From assembly GCA_030597865.1 (NCBI GenBank), contig JAUVQZ010000001.1, positions 1 to 49,114 of the forward strand: 49,114 nucleotides of DNA. Direction: 5' to 3'. Source of the DNA: Pseudomonadota bacterium. GTDB taxonomy: Bacteria > Desulfobacterota > Desulfobulbia > Desulfobulbales > SURF-16. Every line of letters starts with the position of its first letter. Within the stretch, counting starts at the first letter, position 1. The translations under genes and the position numbers were made by a program. A model generated the notes under the pieces. It searched no databases. It saw nothing but the letters and a program-made list of their open reading frames with translations, and was not told the origin of the DNA. Positions 18,570-27,937 of the stretch are shown here, in pieces.

Positions 18570-19160
18570 TCATTTCTTCAACTTCTTCTCTTCATACATC
18601 TTGAGAATAAGCACATCCTCATGGGGCACATCGCCAAACATTCCCCTTTGGCCCCGGGGCACCGCAACAATGGCGTCTGCCACATCCATGCCCTCAACCA
18701 CCTCTGCAAATACCGCATAGCCATATTCATTCATCCGCATGGAGCGATGATCCAGGGATCTATTGTCGTTGACATTGAAAAAGAACTTGCCGTTGGCACT
18801 GTTGATGTCCTGGGTGCGGGCCATGGACAGGGTGCCCCTCTTATTTTTTAAGCCGTTATGGGCCTCATTCATGATGGGTGCCCGTGGGGCCCTTTTTTTC
18901 AGGCCCGGCTCAAAGCCACCGCCCTGAATCATAAAGCCGGGAATAACGCGGTGGAAGATAAGGCCGTTGAAATAGCCATCACGGACATAGGTGCGGAAGT
19001 TGTTGCAGGTGACAGGGGCCTTGTCATCAAACAGGGCAAGGACCATTTTGCCCATGCTGGTTTCCATGATGATACGTGCCTTTTCCGCCCCTGCTGCATG
19101 GACGGATGTTGCGCCCAGGGAAAAAACGAGCAGGAGCATGCAGATGATTTTTTTTCGCAT
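18570..19160 (-). CDS. ppiA: Periplasmic cyclophilin-type peptidyl-prolyl cis-trans isomerase
   Basis: FHRVIPGFMIQGGGF and GTLSMAR motifs. The signal peptide MRKKIICMLLLVFSLGATSVHA begins at the internal ATG at 19160. Confidence 0.85.
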   Translation of the reverse strand: MRKKIICMLLLVFSLGATSVHAAGAEKARIIMETSMGKMVLALFDDKAPVTCNNFRTYVRDGYFNGLIFHRVIPGFMIQGGGFEPGLKKRAPRAPIMNEAHNGLKNKRGTLSMARTQDINSANGKFFFNVNDNRSLDHRSMRMNEYGYAVFAEVVEGMDVADAIVAVPRGQRGMFGDVPHEDVLILKMYEEKKLKK

Positions 19161-19444
19161 AATAAAGCCTCTTTGCACTGTTAAAATTTGTTACGCATTG
19201 ACAGATGATGCCCCCGTCAAAAGTCCCTGGCACCAAAACCATGTGACGTTAAAGCCGAATTAAGGGTCCGCCTCCATGGGGCTTATACCCCTGTGGGATA
19301 AATCAGTAAGATAGCCACTGTGCCGGTGGTCGTACCGATTTTTTTTGCGAGGCCATCAAAAATGGTGTAAAAATACCATGTTTTGATATAATTTTCCCAT
19401 GAAACAATTTTTACTGTACCTGTTTTTTTGATTTACAATCAGCC

Positions 19445-20494
19445 ATGCATAAACCCATTGATGTAAACTCAGCGCGTATGCCCCAAGGCCCTTATTCTGA
19501 AACAATCGTCTTTGCCCAGGGGATATTCAGGACCAGCTCCATTGTTTCGGCGTGCTGTGTTCTTCTGCTCTCTTTTCTGATCCCCCAGCGGGATACCGTT
19601 TCCGAGGCAAAGGTTGCAGAACCCCCGGAGACCCTTATTGTCAAGGCTGATGAGGTGAATGTCCCCAGGTACACAGTGCCTGTCTACGCCCCATCATCCT
19701 CCGTGGATCTCCAGCAAACCCTTAAGAAATATGGGCTCTGGTCCATAGAAAACAACTCAACCATTGAACCGGTCCTGTTCAGCTCCTTTCCCGACAATCT
19801 CCACACCGTGTCCATAGCTGACAAAAAGACAATATTCCTCCATGGCCTCCTGCCCATTGCCCTCTATGCCAACCAGCTGGTTGAGGGTGAACGGCTGCGT
19901 CTTTTTGAGCTTCTGGCCATGTCTGGATCCCTGCCTGGAGATTTCGCCCTGGCAAAAATACCCGAGGGCTGGCAAAAGATTCTGGCCCATGATGATAAGG
20001 GCTGGCTCCTTGATTTGGGCAGGCGCTATAAGGCTGAAACGATCTCACAGCTCAAGGAAAGGGTGAGGTCTGTGCCGGTAAGCCTTATTCTGGCCCAAAG
20101 TGCCCTGGAGTCATCCTGGGGAACATCCCGTTTTGCCATGGAGGGTAACAACCTCTTTGGCATCCGCACCTGGGGCAAAAAGGGCCTTGTCCCTGAGGGG
20201 AGGGATAGGGGCAGCACCTTTCTGGTGGCAAGATATGATACCATTCTTGATTCCGTCAACGCATATATTAGCACCTTAAACAGCCATCATCTCTATGTGA
20301 AGTTCAGAACATTGCGCCTGGAGAGCCAGGACCCCGAGGTGCTCAGCGGAGGGTTGCTTTTTTATTCTGAAAAGAGAGAGAGTTACATCACAAAGGTTAA
20401 TCGGATTATCCGTTATAATCGCCTTAAACGTTTTGATACCCTGCACCTGGCTCGCTACGATGACGGCTTTGCACCCAACATGGCGGTCAATTAA
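19445..20494 (+). CDS. Glucosaminidase-domain protein (Bax/FlgJ-like muramidase family) with N-terminal TM
   Basis: LILAQSALESSWGTSRFAMEGNNLFGIRTW is the mannosyl-glycoprotein endo-beta-N-acetylglucosaminidase-type signature. A hydrophobic segment sits near the N-terminus. Confidence 0.75.
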   Translation: MHKPIDVNSARMPQGPYSETIVFAQGIFRTSSIVSACCVLLLSFLIPQRDTVSEAKVAEPPETLIVKADEVNVPRYTVPVYAPSSSVDLQQTLKKYGLWSIENNSTIEPVLFSSFPDNLHTVSIADKKTIFLHGLLPIALYANQLVEGERLRLFELLAMSGSLPGDFALAKIPEGWQKILAHDDKGWLLDLGRRYKAETISQLKERVRSVPVSLILAQSALESSWGTSRFAMEGNNLFGIRTWGKKGLVPEGRDRGSTFLVARYDTILDSVNAYISTLNSHHLYVKFRTLRLESQDPEVLSGGLLFYSEKRESYITKVNRIIRYNRLKRFDTLHLARYDDGFAPNMAVN

Positions 20495-20639
20495 ATCTGT
20501 GGTTATATTCTGCAAATCCCCCCGGTTGCCTTTCTTTTTTTTTAACCATATGCCGTCCTGCCTGCTGAACAGGGAAAAAGAGCTCCCTTGCCCCCTTTCA
20601 AGCCTTTTGTTCCCGCATGATCCATAACCGAGGTCTTCC

Positions 20640-21707
20640 ATGTTGAAGAAAAACACCTTCCTTGCCCTCTGCCTGCTTCTTCTGGCCCTGTCTCCAGGCC
20701 TCTGCCTTGCAGGCAATAATGCAACCATTTTGACCTACCACCGTTTTGGGGACGACCGTTATCCGACCACCAATATCAGCTCAGAGGCCTTTGCCGAGCA
20801 GATGGCTTTTTTACGTGACAATGGCTACACCGTGATCCCCCTTGCAGACCTTGTCTCCCTCCTGAAAAAAAAGGAGCAGATACCTGCCAAGACCGTTGTT
20901 ATCACCATTGACGACGCCTATGCCACCGTCTATGAAAATGCCTGGCCCATCCTCAAGAAACATGGCTACCCCTTTACGGTCTTTGTCTATACCCAGGGAG
21001 TTGATCAAAATTACGGGGACTATATGAACTGGAGCCAGCTCCGTGAGCTTAAGGGGCAGGGCGTTGATCTCCAGGACCATAGCTATGGTCATAAACACCT
21101 GGCGTTCAGGCCGGAGAGTATGGATAAACTGGGCTACAGGGCCTGGGTCAGTGGCGACCTGGTGAAATCCATGGCCCTCTTTTCCCGGGAGCTGGGCGAT
21201 ACGCCCCGTTTCTTTGCCCACCCATATGGCGAGTATAACCAGATCATTATTAATGAGGCCAAAGACCTGGGTTATGAGGCGGTCTTTACCCAGGATCCCG
21301 GCGCTGTCGGTTCCCATTCTGACCTCTACTCTCTGCCCAGGCAGCCCATTCTTGGTGATGAATGGGCCTCCATGGCCCATTTTGAGAAGATTTTGAGGGT
21401 GGCGGATTTCCCGGTAACCGATCTCACTCCCTATCCCCAGCAATTGGCAGACGCCATGGTAACCAGGTTCCAGGTCCGGATGATTAATCCCGAGGATTAT
21501 ATCCCCGGCAGTTTCGGTTTCTGGGTAAGCGGCTTGGGCTGGCATCAGGGCCAGAGGGAGGGGGACATCCTCTACTTCACAACAGACAAGCCCCTCCAGC
21601 GCCCAATAAGCAGGGTCGTTGTCAGCGGTCGTGAGGCCAAAAGCAGGAAGCTTGCCACCCGAACCTGGATGCTCATCCATCCCAATGGTGATGGGGCAGG
21701 AAGATAA
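20640..21707 (+). CDS. Polysaccharide deacetylase family protein (NodB homology), secreted
   Basis: Signal peptide MLKKNTFLALCLLLLALSPGLCLA. Motifs TYHRF, VITIDDAY and HSYGH are typical of PgaB/NodB-like deacetylases. Confidence 0.8.
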   Translation: MLKKNTFLALCLLLLALSPGLCLAGNNATILTYHRFGDDRYPTTNISSEAFAEQMAFLRDNGYTVIPLADLVSLLKKKEQIPAKTVVITIDDAYATVYENAWPILKKHGYPFTVFVYTQGVDQNYGDYMNWSQLRELKGQGVDLQDHSYGHKHLAFRPESMDKLGYRAWVSGDLVKSMALFSRELGDTPRFFAHPYGEYNQIIINEAKDLGYEAVFTQDPGAVGSHSDLYSLPRQPILGDEWASMAHFEKILRVADFPVTDLTPYPQQLADAMVTRFQVRMINPEDYIPGSFGFWVSGLGWHQGQREGDILYFTTDKPLQRPISRVVVSGREAKSRKLATRTWMLIHPNGDGAGR

Positions 21708-21710
21708 GCA

Positions 21711-21941
21711 ATGCGTGATTTTATTATGCGGTTGGATTGGCCCCTGCTTATCATCCTTTGTCTGACCTTGGGCTTGGCCCCCTTTACCCCTCCCCATATT
21801 GTTGAGAAACTACAGATGCTGAGCCAGGAAACCCTAAAGAGACCCCTGGACTGGTTTGACCTCTTTTTTCACGGCATCCCCTGGCTGCTTCTGGCAACAA
21901 AGGCGATCTACGCCATCCGCACCCTTTATTTGCCGAAATGA
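21711..21941 (+). CDS. Small membrane protein, hypothetical
   Basis: 76 aa with two hydrophobic segments. It starts 4 nt after the deacetylase stop, which suggests co-translation. Confidence 0.5.
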   Translation: MRDFIMRLDWPLLIILCLTLGLAPFTPPHIVEKLQMLSQETLKRPLDWFDLFFHGIPWLLLATKAIYAIRTLYLPK

Positions 21942-22975
21942 CAGATGGGGTAGGTACATTTCTTACAGACACTGCACAGGCCGCCATGGCCCAATAAGGC
22001 AAGGTCAGCACGGCTGATTTTTTCGCCGGCAAGAACCCTGGGCAGGACAAGATCAAAAACCGTAATGCGATGGAACATGCCACAGGCCGGCAACCCCATA
22101 ATGGGCATGCCATTAATGTTTCCTACCAGGAACATGGCCCCGGGCAGCACCGGGGTGCCATAGACGATATCTGTGGCGCCGGCTGCGGCGATGGCCATCC
22201 TGGTAACATCATCCGGATCCACGGACATGCCGCCACTGGTGATGATTAAGTCGGCACCGGCATCAATGCAGCCCTTAATTTCCGAGGCAATCCTGTCGAT
22301 ATCATCAGGCGCAAAGGCGACCTTAACAACAGACGAGCCCAGTTCTGCAAGTTTTTCACGAAGCACTGGTTCAAAGGCATCCTTAATCCTGCCGTAAAAA
22401 ACCTCATTACCCGTAATGATCAGACCGGCCTGGGCCTTGCGCAGGGCCTTGACGCGGAAGATACCCCCAGCCGGACAGAGGGCTGCGGCCTGGTCAACAA
22501 TATCCTTTTTCGAGGTGAGGGGAATCAGCCGGGTGGCAGCCACCTGGGTCCCTTTCTTGACCGGGGTGTTGTTATGCAGGGATGCGCACATCACCTCACC
22601 GAGCATGTTGAATGCATAGAGGTCTTCAACCTGTACCTTAAGTATACCGTCAAATTCAGCAACCAGGCTCAGTTTACCTTCGGTGGGCTCACCGCTCACC
22701 ACAACACCCGAACCGGCAAGGGCCCTGGCCATAATTTCGGCGGCATCATTCTCATGGATCTCATCATCATCCAGGGAAAGCACGTAAATATTATCCTTGC
22801 CAAGGCGTTTGAGATGTTCCACATCCTCGCTGCGAATGATATGACCCTTTTTAAAGGCCGCCCCCTTAAAGGAGTCTTTCTCGTCAACCTCCTGGTCCAA
22901 GGGACGAATTTCTGTGACGTCATGGGGAAGGACCATGCCGATGGCCTGTTCAACGGGGACTGTTTTCGATGCCAT
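21926..22975 (-). CDS. Molybdopterin-binding (MoCF-biosynthesis fold) domain protein with a C-terminal Cys cluster
   Basis: ADLIITSGGMSVDPDDVT is the MoaB/MogA/MoeA-type motif. The C-terminus is LCSVCKKCTYPICHFGK. Its 3' end overlaps the convergent small ORF by 16 nt. Confidence 0.65.
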   Translation of the reverse strand: MASKTVPVEQAIGMVLPHDVTEIRPLDQEVDEKDSFKGAAFKKGHIIRSEDVEHLKRLGKDNIYVLSLDDDEIHENDAAEIMARALAGSGVVVSGEPTEGKLSLVAEFDGILKVQVEDLYAFNMLGEVMCASLHNNTPVKKGTQVAATRLIPLTSKKDIVDQAAALCPAGGIFRVKALRKAQAGLIITGNEVFYGRIKDAFEPVLREKLAELGSSVVKVAFAPDDIDRIASEIKGCIDAGADLIITSGGMSVDPDDVTRMAIAAAGATDIVYGTPVLPGAMFLVGNINGMPIMGLPACGMFHRITVFDLVLPRVLAGEKISRADLALLGHGGLCSVCKKCTYPICHFGK

Positions 22976-23198
22976 AATAATCTCTTAATTTTTTTTGGTT
23001 TTTTTATGTGCTGTGGGCCAATAAGGAGAGCTGATATCATCTCTAAAACCGGGAAATAATTATACTAAGCACGGTGCTAAAAGGCTAGTATATTGACAAA
23101 GGTCTAAAATGAGATAGAGTGACGTCGCCCTGTAGCGACCTAAAAACCTATTTCATTCCTTTAGGAATTTCGAGGGTAAAAAAACAGAGGGGGAGTTC

Positions 23199-24755
23199 AT
23201 GAGCAATACCAGGGGAAACTGGCAGTCAAATCTTGGTTTTCTGCTGGCTGCCATAGGCTCGGCCATTGGTCTTGGCAATGTCTGGCGTTTTAGCTATATG
23301 GCCCATGAGCATGGCGGTGGCGCCTTCCTGGTACCATACCTTGTTGCCCTGCTTTTGGCCGGTTTGCCCATTATGCTTGTGGAGTATGGCGTCGGCCATC
23401 TCGAAAAGGCCTCTTCACCCTTAAGCTTCCGGCGTATCGGTAACCACTATGAATGGTTGGGGTGGTGGATGCCGGTGGTGGCCATGTTTGGCATCATGCT
23501 CTATTACGCAGTTATTATCGGCTGGTGTGTCAACTATTTTTTCCTCTCTGCCTCCCTGGGCTGGGGCCTTGATCCGCAAAGCTTCTTTTTTAACGATTTC
23601 CTTAAAATTACCGATTCCGCCGACAACCTCGGCACCTTCAGGATGCCCATCCTCCTGGCCACCGCCTTTGTCTGGTTCCTATGTTGGCTTATCTGTTTTC
23701 GTGATGTCAGCCACGGCATTGAACGGGCCAGTAAAGTCTTTATGCCCACCCTGTTTGTCCTGACCCTGATCATGGTGGGCTGGACCCTCACCCTAGAGGG
23801 CGCCACTGATGCGGTACTCAATAATTATCTTTCTGCCGACTGGTCTCGAATCAATATCTTTGCCCATGACCCGGCCCTGCGCAGCCAGGCCATCAAGACA
23901 TGGGTGGCGGCCTTTGGTCAGATATTCTTTACCCTGTCCTTGGGTTTTGGCATCATGATTACCTATGCCAGCTACCTGCCGGAAAAGACCAATATCGGCC
24001 AAAACGCCCTCATTACCTGCGTGGTGAACTGCGCCTACTCCCTCATTGCCGGTCTTGCCGTCTTTGGTATTGTTGGCTTCATGGCCCAAAGCCAGGGTGT
24101 CCTCTTTGAGGATGCCATTAAAGGCGGACCACAGCTCGCCTTTGTCGTCTACCCCAAGGCGATTTCGTTATTGCCCAGCCTCAATGCCATCTTTGGCATG
24201 ATGTTCTTTTTAATTCTGGTCATTGCCGGCCTCACCTCCGGAGTGTCGTTGATTGAGGCCTTCACCTGTTCCTGTACGGATAAGTTTGACTGGCCCAGGA
24301 AAAAGGTGGTGACCGGGATCTGTGTTCTCGGTTTTATGGGCAGCCTGATCTTTACCACCCAGGGCGGTCTTTATGTGCTTGATATTGTCGATCATTTTAT
24401 AACAAACTATGGTCTTGTGGTGGGCGGTCTTGTGGAGTGTCTGCTGGTGGGCTGGGTACTTAAGACCGTGGTGCTGCGTAAACATTTTGCGAAATCGGGC
24501 AGTAAGATTCCGATCATTTGGGATATCTGTGTTAAATATATCACCCCGTCACTCTTAATCATCCTTGTCTATTTTGCCGTTAAGGTTGATAGTGCTGAAA
24601 ATTATGGCGGCTACTCATTTGACCAACTCCTGCTCTTTGGCGGCGGCGCGATGCTGGCCTGCCTTGCCTTGGCCCTGCTCCTTGCCCTTGCCCCCTGGGA
24701 TCCAGAGAGACTCAAGCGTCGCCATCAACCCGAGGAGGATGACCTCCTGGTCTAA
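23199..24755 (+). CDS. Sodium-dependent transporter, neurotransmitter:sodium symporter (SNF/NSS) family
   Basis: GFLLAAIGSAIGLGNVWRFSYMA is the NSS signature. About 12 hydrophobic segments over 518 aa. Confidence 0.9.
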   Translation: MSNTRGNWQSNLGFLLAAIGSAIGLGNVWRFSYMAHEHGGGAFLVPYLVALLLAGLPIMLVEYGVGHLEKASSPLSFRRIGNHYEWLGWWMPVVAMFGIMLYYAVIIGWCVNYFFLSASLGWGLDPQSFFFNDFLKITDSADNLGTFRMPILLATAFVWFLCWLICFRDVSHGIERASKVFMPTLFVLTLIMVGWTLTLEGATDAVLNNYLSADWSRINIFAHDPALRSQAIKTWVAAFGQIFFTLSLGFGIMITYASYLPEKTNIGQNALITCVVNCAYSLIAGLAVFGIVGFMAQSQGVLFEDAIKGGPQLAFVVYPKAISLLPSLNAIFGMMFFLILVIAGLTSGVSLIEAFTCSCTDKFDWPRKKVVTGICVLGFMGSLIFTTQGGLYVLDIVDHFITNYGLVVGGLVECLLVGWVLKTVVLRKHFAKSGSKIPIIWDICVKYITPSLLIILVYFAVKVDSAENYGGYSFDQLLLFGGGAMLACLALALLLALAPWDPERLKRRHQPEEDDLLV

Positions 24756-24764
24756 CCCCATATA

Positions 24765-25301
24765 ATGACTACATCTTCAGAGCATATCTTTCAGCCCCTT
24801 ATTGCTGGCCATGATTTTATCTCATCGAGATTGCTTTATTTTTTCGACAACGATGATTTTGCGGATACGGAGTTTGCGGTGAACGAGTTTGATGTCTTTG
24901 CCCTCTTTATAGCCACCATGGCCTTTTTGGACAACAGGTCGCCCACCGAGGATCTCGGTGTTGTTGTTGAAGATTTCCATGCCACCATGATTGACGCTAT
25001 TGTCCAGCGCATCCTGGCCGCCCAGCCTGAAGAGGTGACAGCGGAAAGGGAAAAAGCCCTGGCCAGCATGATAAAAAGAATCTTCGAAGAGCGCTTTCGC
25101 CATTATTTTCACATCTATAAAACAGATAGCGGTGAGGATGTTCAACATATGTACACCAGGCTCGCTGACGCCTTTCTTGAAAAAGCCATCAATGAACCTG
25201 GTCCCCCGGAAACACTTTCTCGCTTCACCTCCTTTATCGGTGAGGTGTTTAAAGAAACTGTTGTCTTACTCGAAAAAACTGAATCCCTTGCTGGTTGCTA
25301 A
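24765..25301 (+). CDS. Hypothetical acidic cytoplasmic protein
   Basis: 178-aa ORF starting 10 nt after the transporter stop. Composition is plausibly coding, but I recognise no motifs. Confidence 0.5.
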   Translation: MTTSSEHIFQPLIAGHDFISSRLLYFFDNDDFADTEFAVNEFDVFALFIATMAFLDNRSPTEDLGVVVEDFHATMIDAIVQRILAAQPEEVTAEREKALASMIKRIFEERFRHYFHIYKTDSGEDVQHMYTRLADAFLEKAINEPGPPETLSRFTSFIGEVFKETVVLLEKTESLAGC

Positions 25302-25324
25302 CCAGCCATAGCAATTATCATCCC

Positions 25325-26284
25325 ATGAAAAAGATCAAAGTAGGCGTTATAGGTGTCGGTTATCTGGGCAATTTTCACGCCCAAAAATATGCTGCCATGG
25401 ACCATGTTGAGCTTGTCGGTGTTTTTGATACCAGTATTGATCGGGCCCAGGAGATTGCCGCGGCCTGTCACACCAGGGCCTTTGCCGATTATCACGAGCT
25501 TATTGAACGTGCCCAGGCCGTGAGCATTGTTACACCCACCACCTTTCATCATGGGGTTGGTATGGAGTGTCTTGCTGCCGGGCTTGATGTCATGATGGAA
25601 AAACCGGTCACCGTCACCCTTGACGAGGCCGATCAGCTCATCGAACTTGCCAGCCGCCAGGGGTGTATCCTTCAGGTTGGTCATTTAGAACGTTTTAATC
25701 CGGGTATCATGGCCCTTGAGCATTATATTGACCACCCCCTCTATATTGAATCACAACGAATTCACCAGTTTAATCCCCGCGGCAATGACGTTGATGTTGT
25801 CCTGGATCTGATGATTCACGATATCGATATTATCCTCAGTATCGTCAAGTCACCCCTTAAGGCCATTCGGCCCCTGGGATCATCCATTGTCACCTCTTCA
25901 ACCGATGTGGCCACGGCCCAGCTCATCTTTGAGAATGGCTGTGTGGCAACGGTTTCAGCCAGCCGCATTGCCCAGAGTAATGTCCGGCAGCTCGTCATCC
26001 ACCAAAAGAAGAGTACCCTCATTGTTGATTACGGCAAAAAGGACATCACGGTGATTGAACGGAGCGGCGCCATGACCGCAGAGGGATATCCCGAGGAAGA
26101 GGCCACCCATCTCCCCTTTCCCGATCAAGGCGATGCCCTGAAGGCAGAACTCCTTCATTTTATTGATGCTGTCCAGACTCGACAACAACCAAAGGTGAGC
26201 GGCGTTGAGGGCAGGCAGGCCCTGGCCCTGGCCCTGCAACTCATCGACGAGATGAAAGAGCATCAGGTTACCCATAATTTATAA
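25325..26284 (+). CDS. Gfo/Idh/MocA-family NAD(P)-dependent oxidoreductase, coupled to lpxB
   Basis: MKKIKVGVIGVGYLGNFHA Rossmann N-terminus (start moved to the ATG at 25325). An EKP motif (MMEKPVT) follows. Its stop codon TAA (26282-26284) directly abuts the lpxB ATG at 26285. Confidence 0.8.
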   Translation: MKKIKVGVIGVGYLGNFHAQKYAAMDHVELVGVFDTSIDRAQEIAAACHTRAFADYHELIERAQAVSIVTPTTFHHGVGMECLAAGLDVMMEKPVTVTLDEADQLIELASRQGCILQVGHLERFNPGIMALEHYIDHPLYIESQRIHQFNPRGNDVDVVLDLMIHDIDIILSIVKSPLKAIRPLGSSIVTSSTDVATAQLIFENGCVATVSASRIAQSNVRQLVIHQKKSTLIVDYGKKDITVIERSGAMTAEGYPEEEATHLPFPDQGDALKAELLHFIDAVQTRQQPKVSGVEGRQALALALQLIDEMKEHQVTHNL

Positions 26285-27445
26285 ATGGCTGATACCCAAA
26301 AAACAGAAATCATGATCGTTTCCGGTGAACCCTCCGGCGACATGCATGCTGCCCGTGTTTTGCAGGCCCTGCAAGGGCGTCTGCCCGAGCTGACGTCCTA
26401 CGGCATGGGCGGCGAGGCCCTGCGCCAGGCAGGCATGGAGATCCTGGTTGATGCTGCTGATATGGCGGTGGTTGGTATCATGGAGGTCCTTGCCCATCTG
26501 GGCTCCATAGTCTCGGCCCAGAAGGTCCTCCACAACGCCCTCAAGGAGAGGAGGCCGCAACTTCTTATCCTCATAGATTACCCTGATTTCAACCTAATGC
26601 TAGCCAAGAAGGCCCGTCGCCTTCATATTCCTGTTTTATACTACATAAGTCCCCAGGTCTGGGCCTGGCGCAGTGGCAGGGTCAAGAAGATCCGCAGACT
26701 TGTCGATCAGATGGCCGTTATTTTGCCCTTTGAAAAGGCGTTCTACGCCAGGCACGATTTTGATGTGACCTATGTTGGCCACCCCTTGGCGGACCACGTA
26801 AAGGCAACCTTAGGAAGAGATGTTTTTTTTGCAAAGCATGGCATCAAGGCCGCTAAAAATGTCGTGGGTATCATGCCGGGAAGTCGGCGCAAGGAGATTG
26901 CCTCCATGTTGCCCGTTTTTCTCAAGGCGGCAAGCCTCCTTCAAGAGGTTCACCCCGAGACCACCTATCTCTTACCCCTGGCGCCTTCTTTAAGCAGGAA
27001 GGTTCTTGAGGAGAACGGCCTTGATGACTATCCGGTTAATGTCCATGTCATAGAGGGAGACCGCTATGACCTTATGGCCGCCTGCGACCTGGTAATGGCG
27101 GCCTCAGGCACCGTTACCCTTGAGCTTGCCCTCTTGCAGATACCCATGCTTGTGGCCTATAGGCTTTCAGCCATGACCTATTTTCTGGGAAGGCGCTTTA
27201 TCAAGGTGGATTTTGCCTCCCTGGTCAATCTGGTTGCCAACGAAGAGGTGGTGCCTGAGCTTATCCAGGATGATGCAACTCCGGAAAAAATTGGCCATGC
27301 CTTGCAAAGGCTCTGGCCTGGAAGTCAGGCCCATGCTGCCATGATCACTAAACTTGCAGAGGTGAAAGATGCCCTCGGCCAGGGAGGCGCCTCTAACAAT
27401 GTAGCGGATCTGGCCCTGGAATTTTTCCCACGCCACCAATCATAA
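26285..27445 (+). CDS. lpxB: Lipid-A-disaccharide synthase
   Basis: IVSGEPSGDMHAARVLQAL, IDYPDFNL and YYISPQVWAWR are typical LpxB blocks. Confidence 0.9.
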   Translation: MADTQKTEIMIVSGEPSGDMHAARVLQALQGRLPELTSYGMGGEALRQAGMEILVDAADMAVVGIMEVLAHLGSIVSAQKVLHNALKERRPQLLILIDYPDFNLMLAKKARRLHIPVLYYISPQVWAWRSGRVKKIRRLVDQMAVILPFEKAFYARHDFDVTYVGHPLADHVKATLGRDVFFAKHGIKAAKNVVGIMPGSRRKEIASMLPVFLKAASLLQEVHPETTYLLPLAPSLSRKVLEENGLDDYPVNVHVIEGDRYDLMAACDLVMAASGTVTLELALLQIPMLVAYRLSAMTYFLGRRFIKVDFASLVNLVANEEVVPELIQDDATPEKIGHALQRLWPGSQAHAAMITKLAEVKDALGQGGASNNVADLALEFFPRHQS

Positions 27446-27542
27446 AAAAACCTTTCCATCCCTTCTCTCCTTCTCACCAACTGCTCGTATAAAGAAAAAG
27501 AATATCAAGGTTTATCCCGTGTCTGTTCATAAATGAGGGTTT

Positions 27543-27752
27543 TCGGAGTCTCACAGATAAGCGAAGACTTCGAGCTCACTTACCTGTTCGAGATCAGGTA
27601 AGCGTAGACTCCGCGGACTGCGAAAAAAATAAGCACAGGCGCCCCGCAGGAGATAAGCGAAGACTTCGAGTGCACCCCTCAAGGGGGTATAGAAAAGAAC
27701 CCTTGGGGTGCATATGTCTGATATCGGAGTCTCCACTTCGTTTCGCTTACCT
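27543..27752. repeat. Cluster of a repeated ~18-nt motif (RRTAAGCGWAGACTYCG) and strong hairpins in a long intergenic gap
   Basis: An identical 20-mer agataagcgaagacttcgag occurs at 27555-27574 and 27651-27670. A degenerate copy aggtaagcgtagactccg lies at 27596-27613, and an inverted, interrupted copy at 27725-27752. Hairpins: 27543-27573 (9 bp), 27579-27602 (perfect 8 bp) and 27671-27712 (13 bp with a 2-nt bulge). Confidence 0.8.
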
Positions 27753-27937
27753 CCGAGCATTATTTTTTGAGCATGACGCAGAGATCGGACAAAAAGACCA
27801 TTTGTGGACATGCACTATCTAAGCATTTCACCTAGCCTATCTTTAAACGCTGCGCCGATTGAGGCCTTCCATCTGAAGATTTACATTACTATCAGTAATG
27901 TTCATTTTTTTATCTTTCTTCGGTGGGGAGGCCCGTC

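Noticed and set aside
18490-18587. Purine-rich aagaag/gagaaataag segments with mutually exclusive complementary partners between ubiE and ppiA
   Set aside because: These are low-complexity AG/CT-rich sequence in a convergent intergenic gap. The pairings are AT-rich, permuted and partly inside the ppiA 3' end, so they are likely just a weak terminator region.
20811-21797. 328-aa minus-strand ORF
   Set aside because: It is entirely antisense to the polysaccharide deacetylase gene, which has clear family motifs (TYHRF, IDDAY, HSYGH) and a signal peptide. The antisense translation is Gly/Pro/Ile-rich with no motifs, so it is a shadow ORF.
22976-23198. Possible glycine or amino-acid riboswitch upstream of the NSS transporter (and likewise 33299-33522 upstream of the AGCS symporter)
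   Set aside because: Neither leader contains the tandem GGAGAG...ACCGAAGGGGCAA-type glycine aptamer cores or any other riboswitch core I can recognise.
27555-27670. Possible mini-CRISPR (two identical 20-mers 96 nt apart)
   Set aside because: There are only two exact copies, the repeat is too short, other copies are degenerate or inverted, there are no cas genes, and the spacer contains related motif copies. This is not CRISPR architecture.
27551-27811. 86-aa minus-strand ORF across the repeat cluster
   Set aside because: Its sequence simply translates the nucleotide repeats (LEVFAYL twice). It has no RBS, so I treat the region as non-coding repeat or structured DNA.
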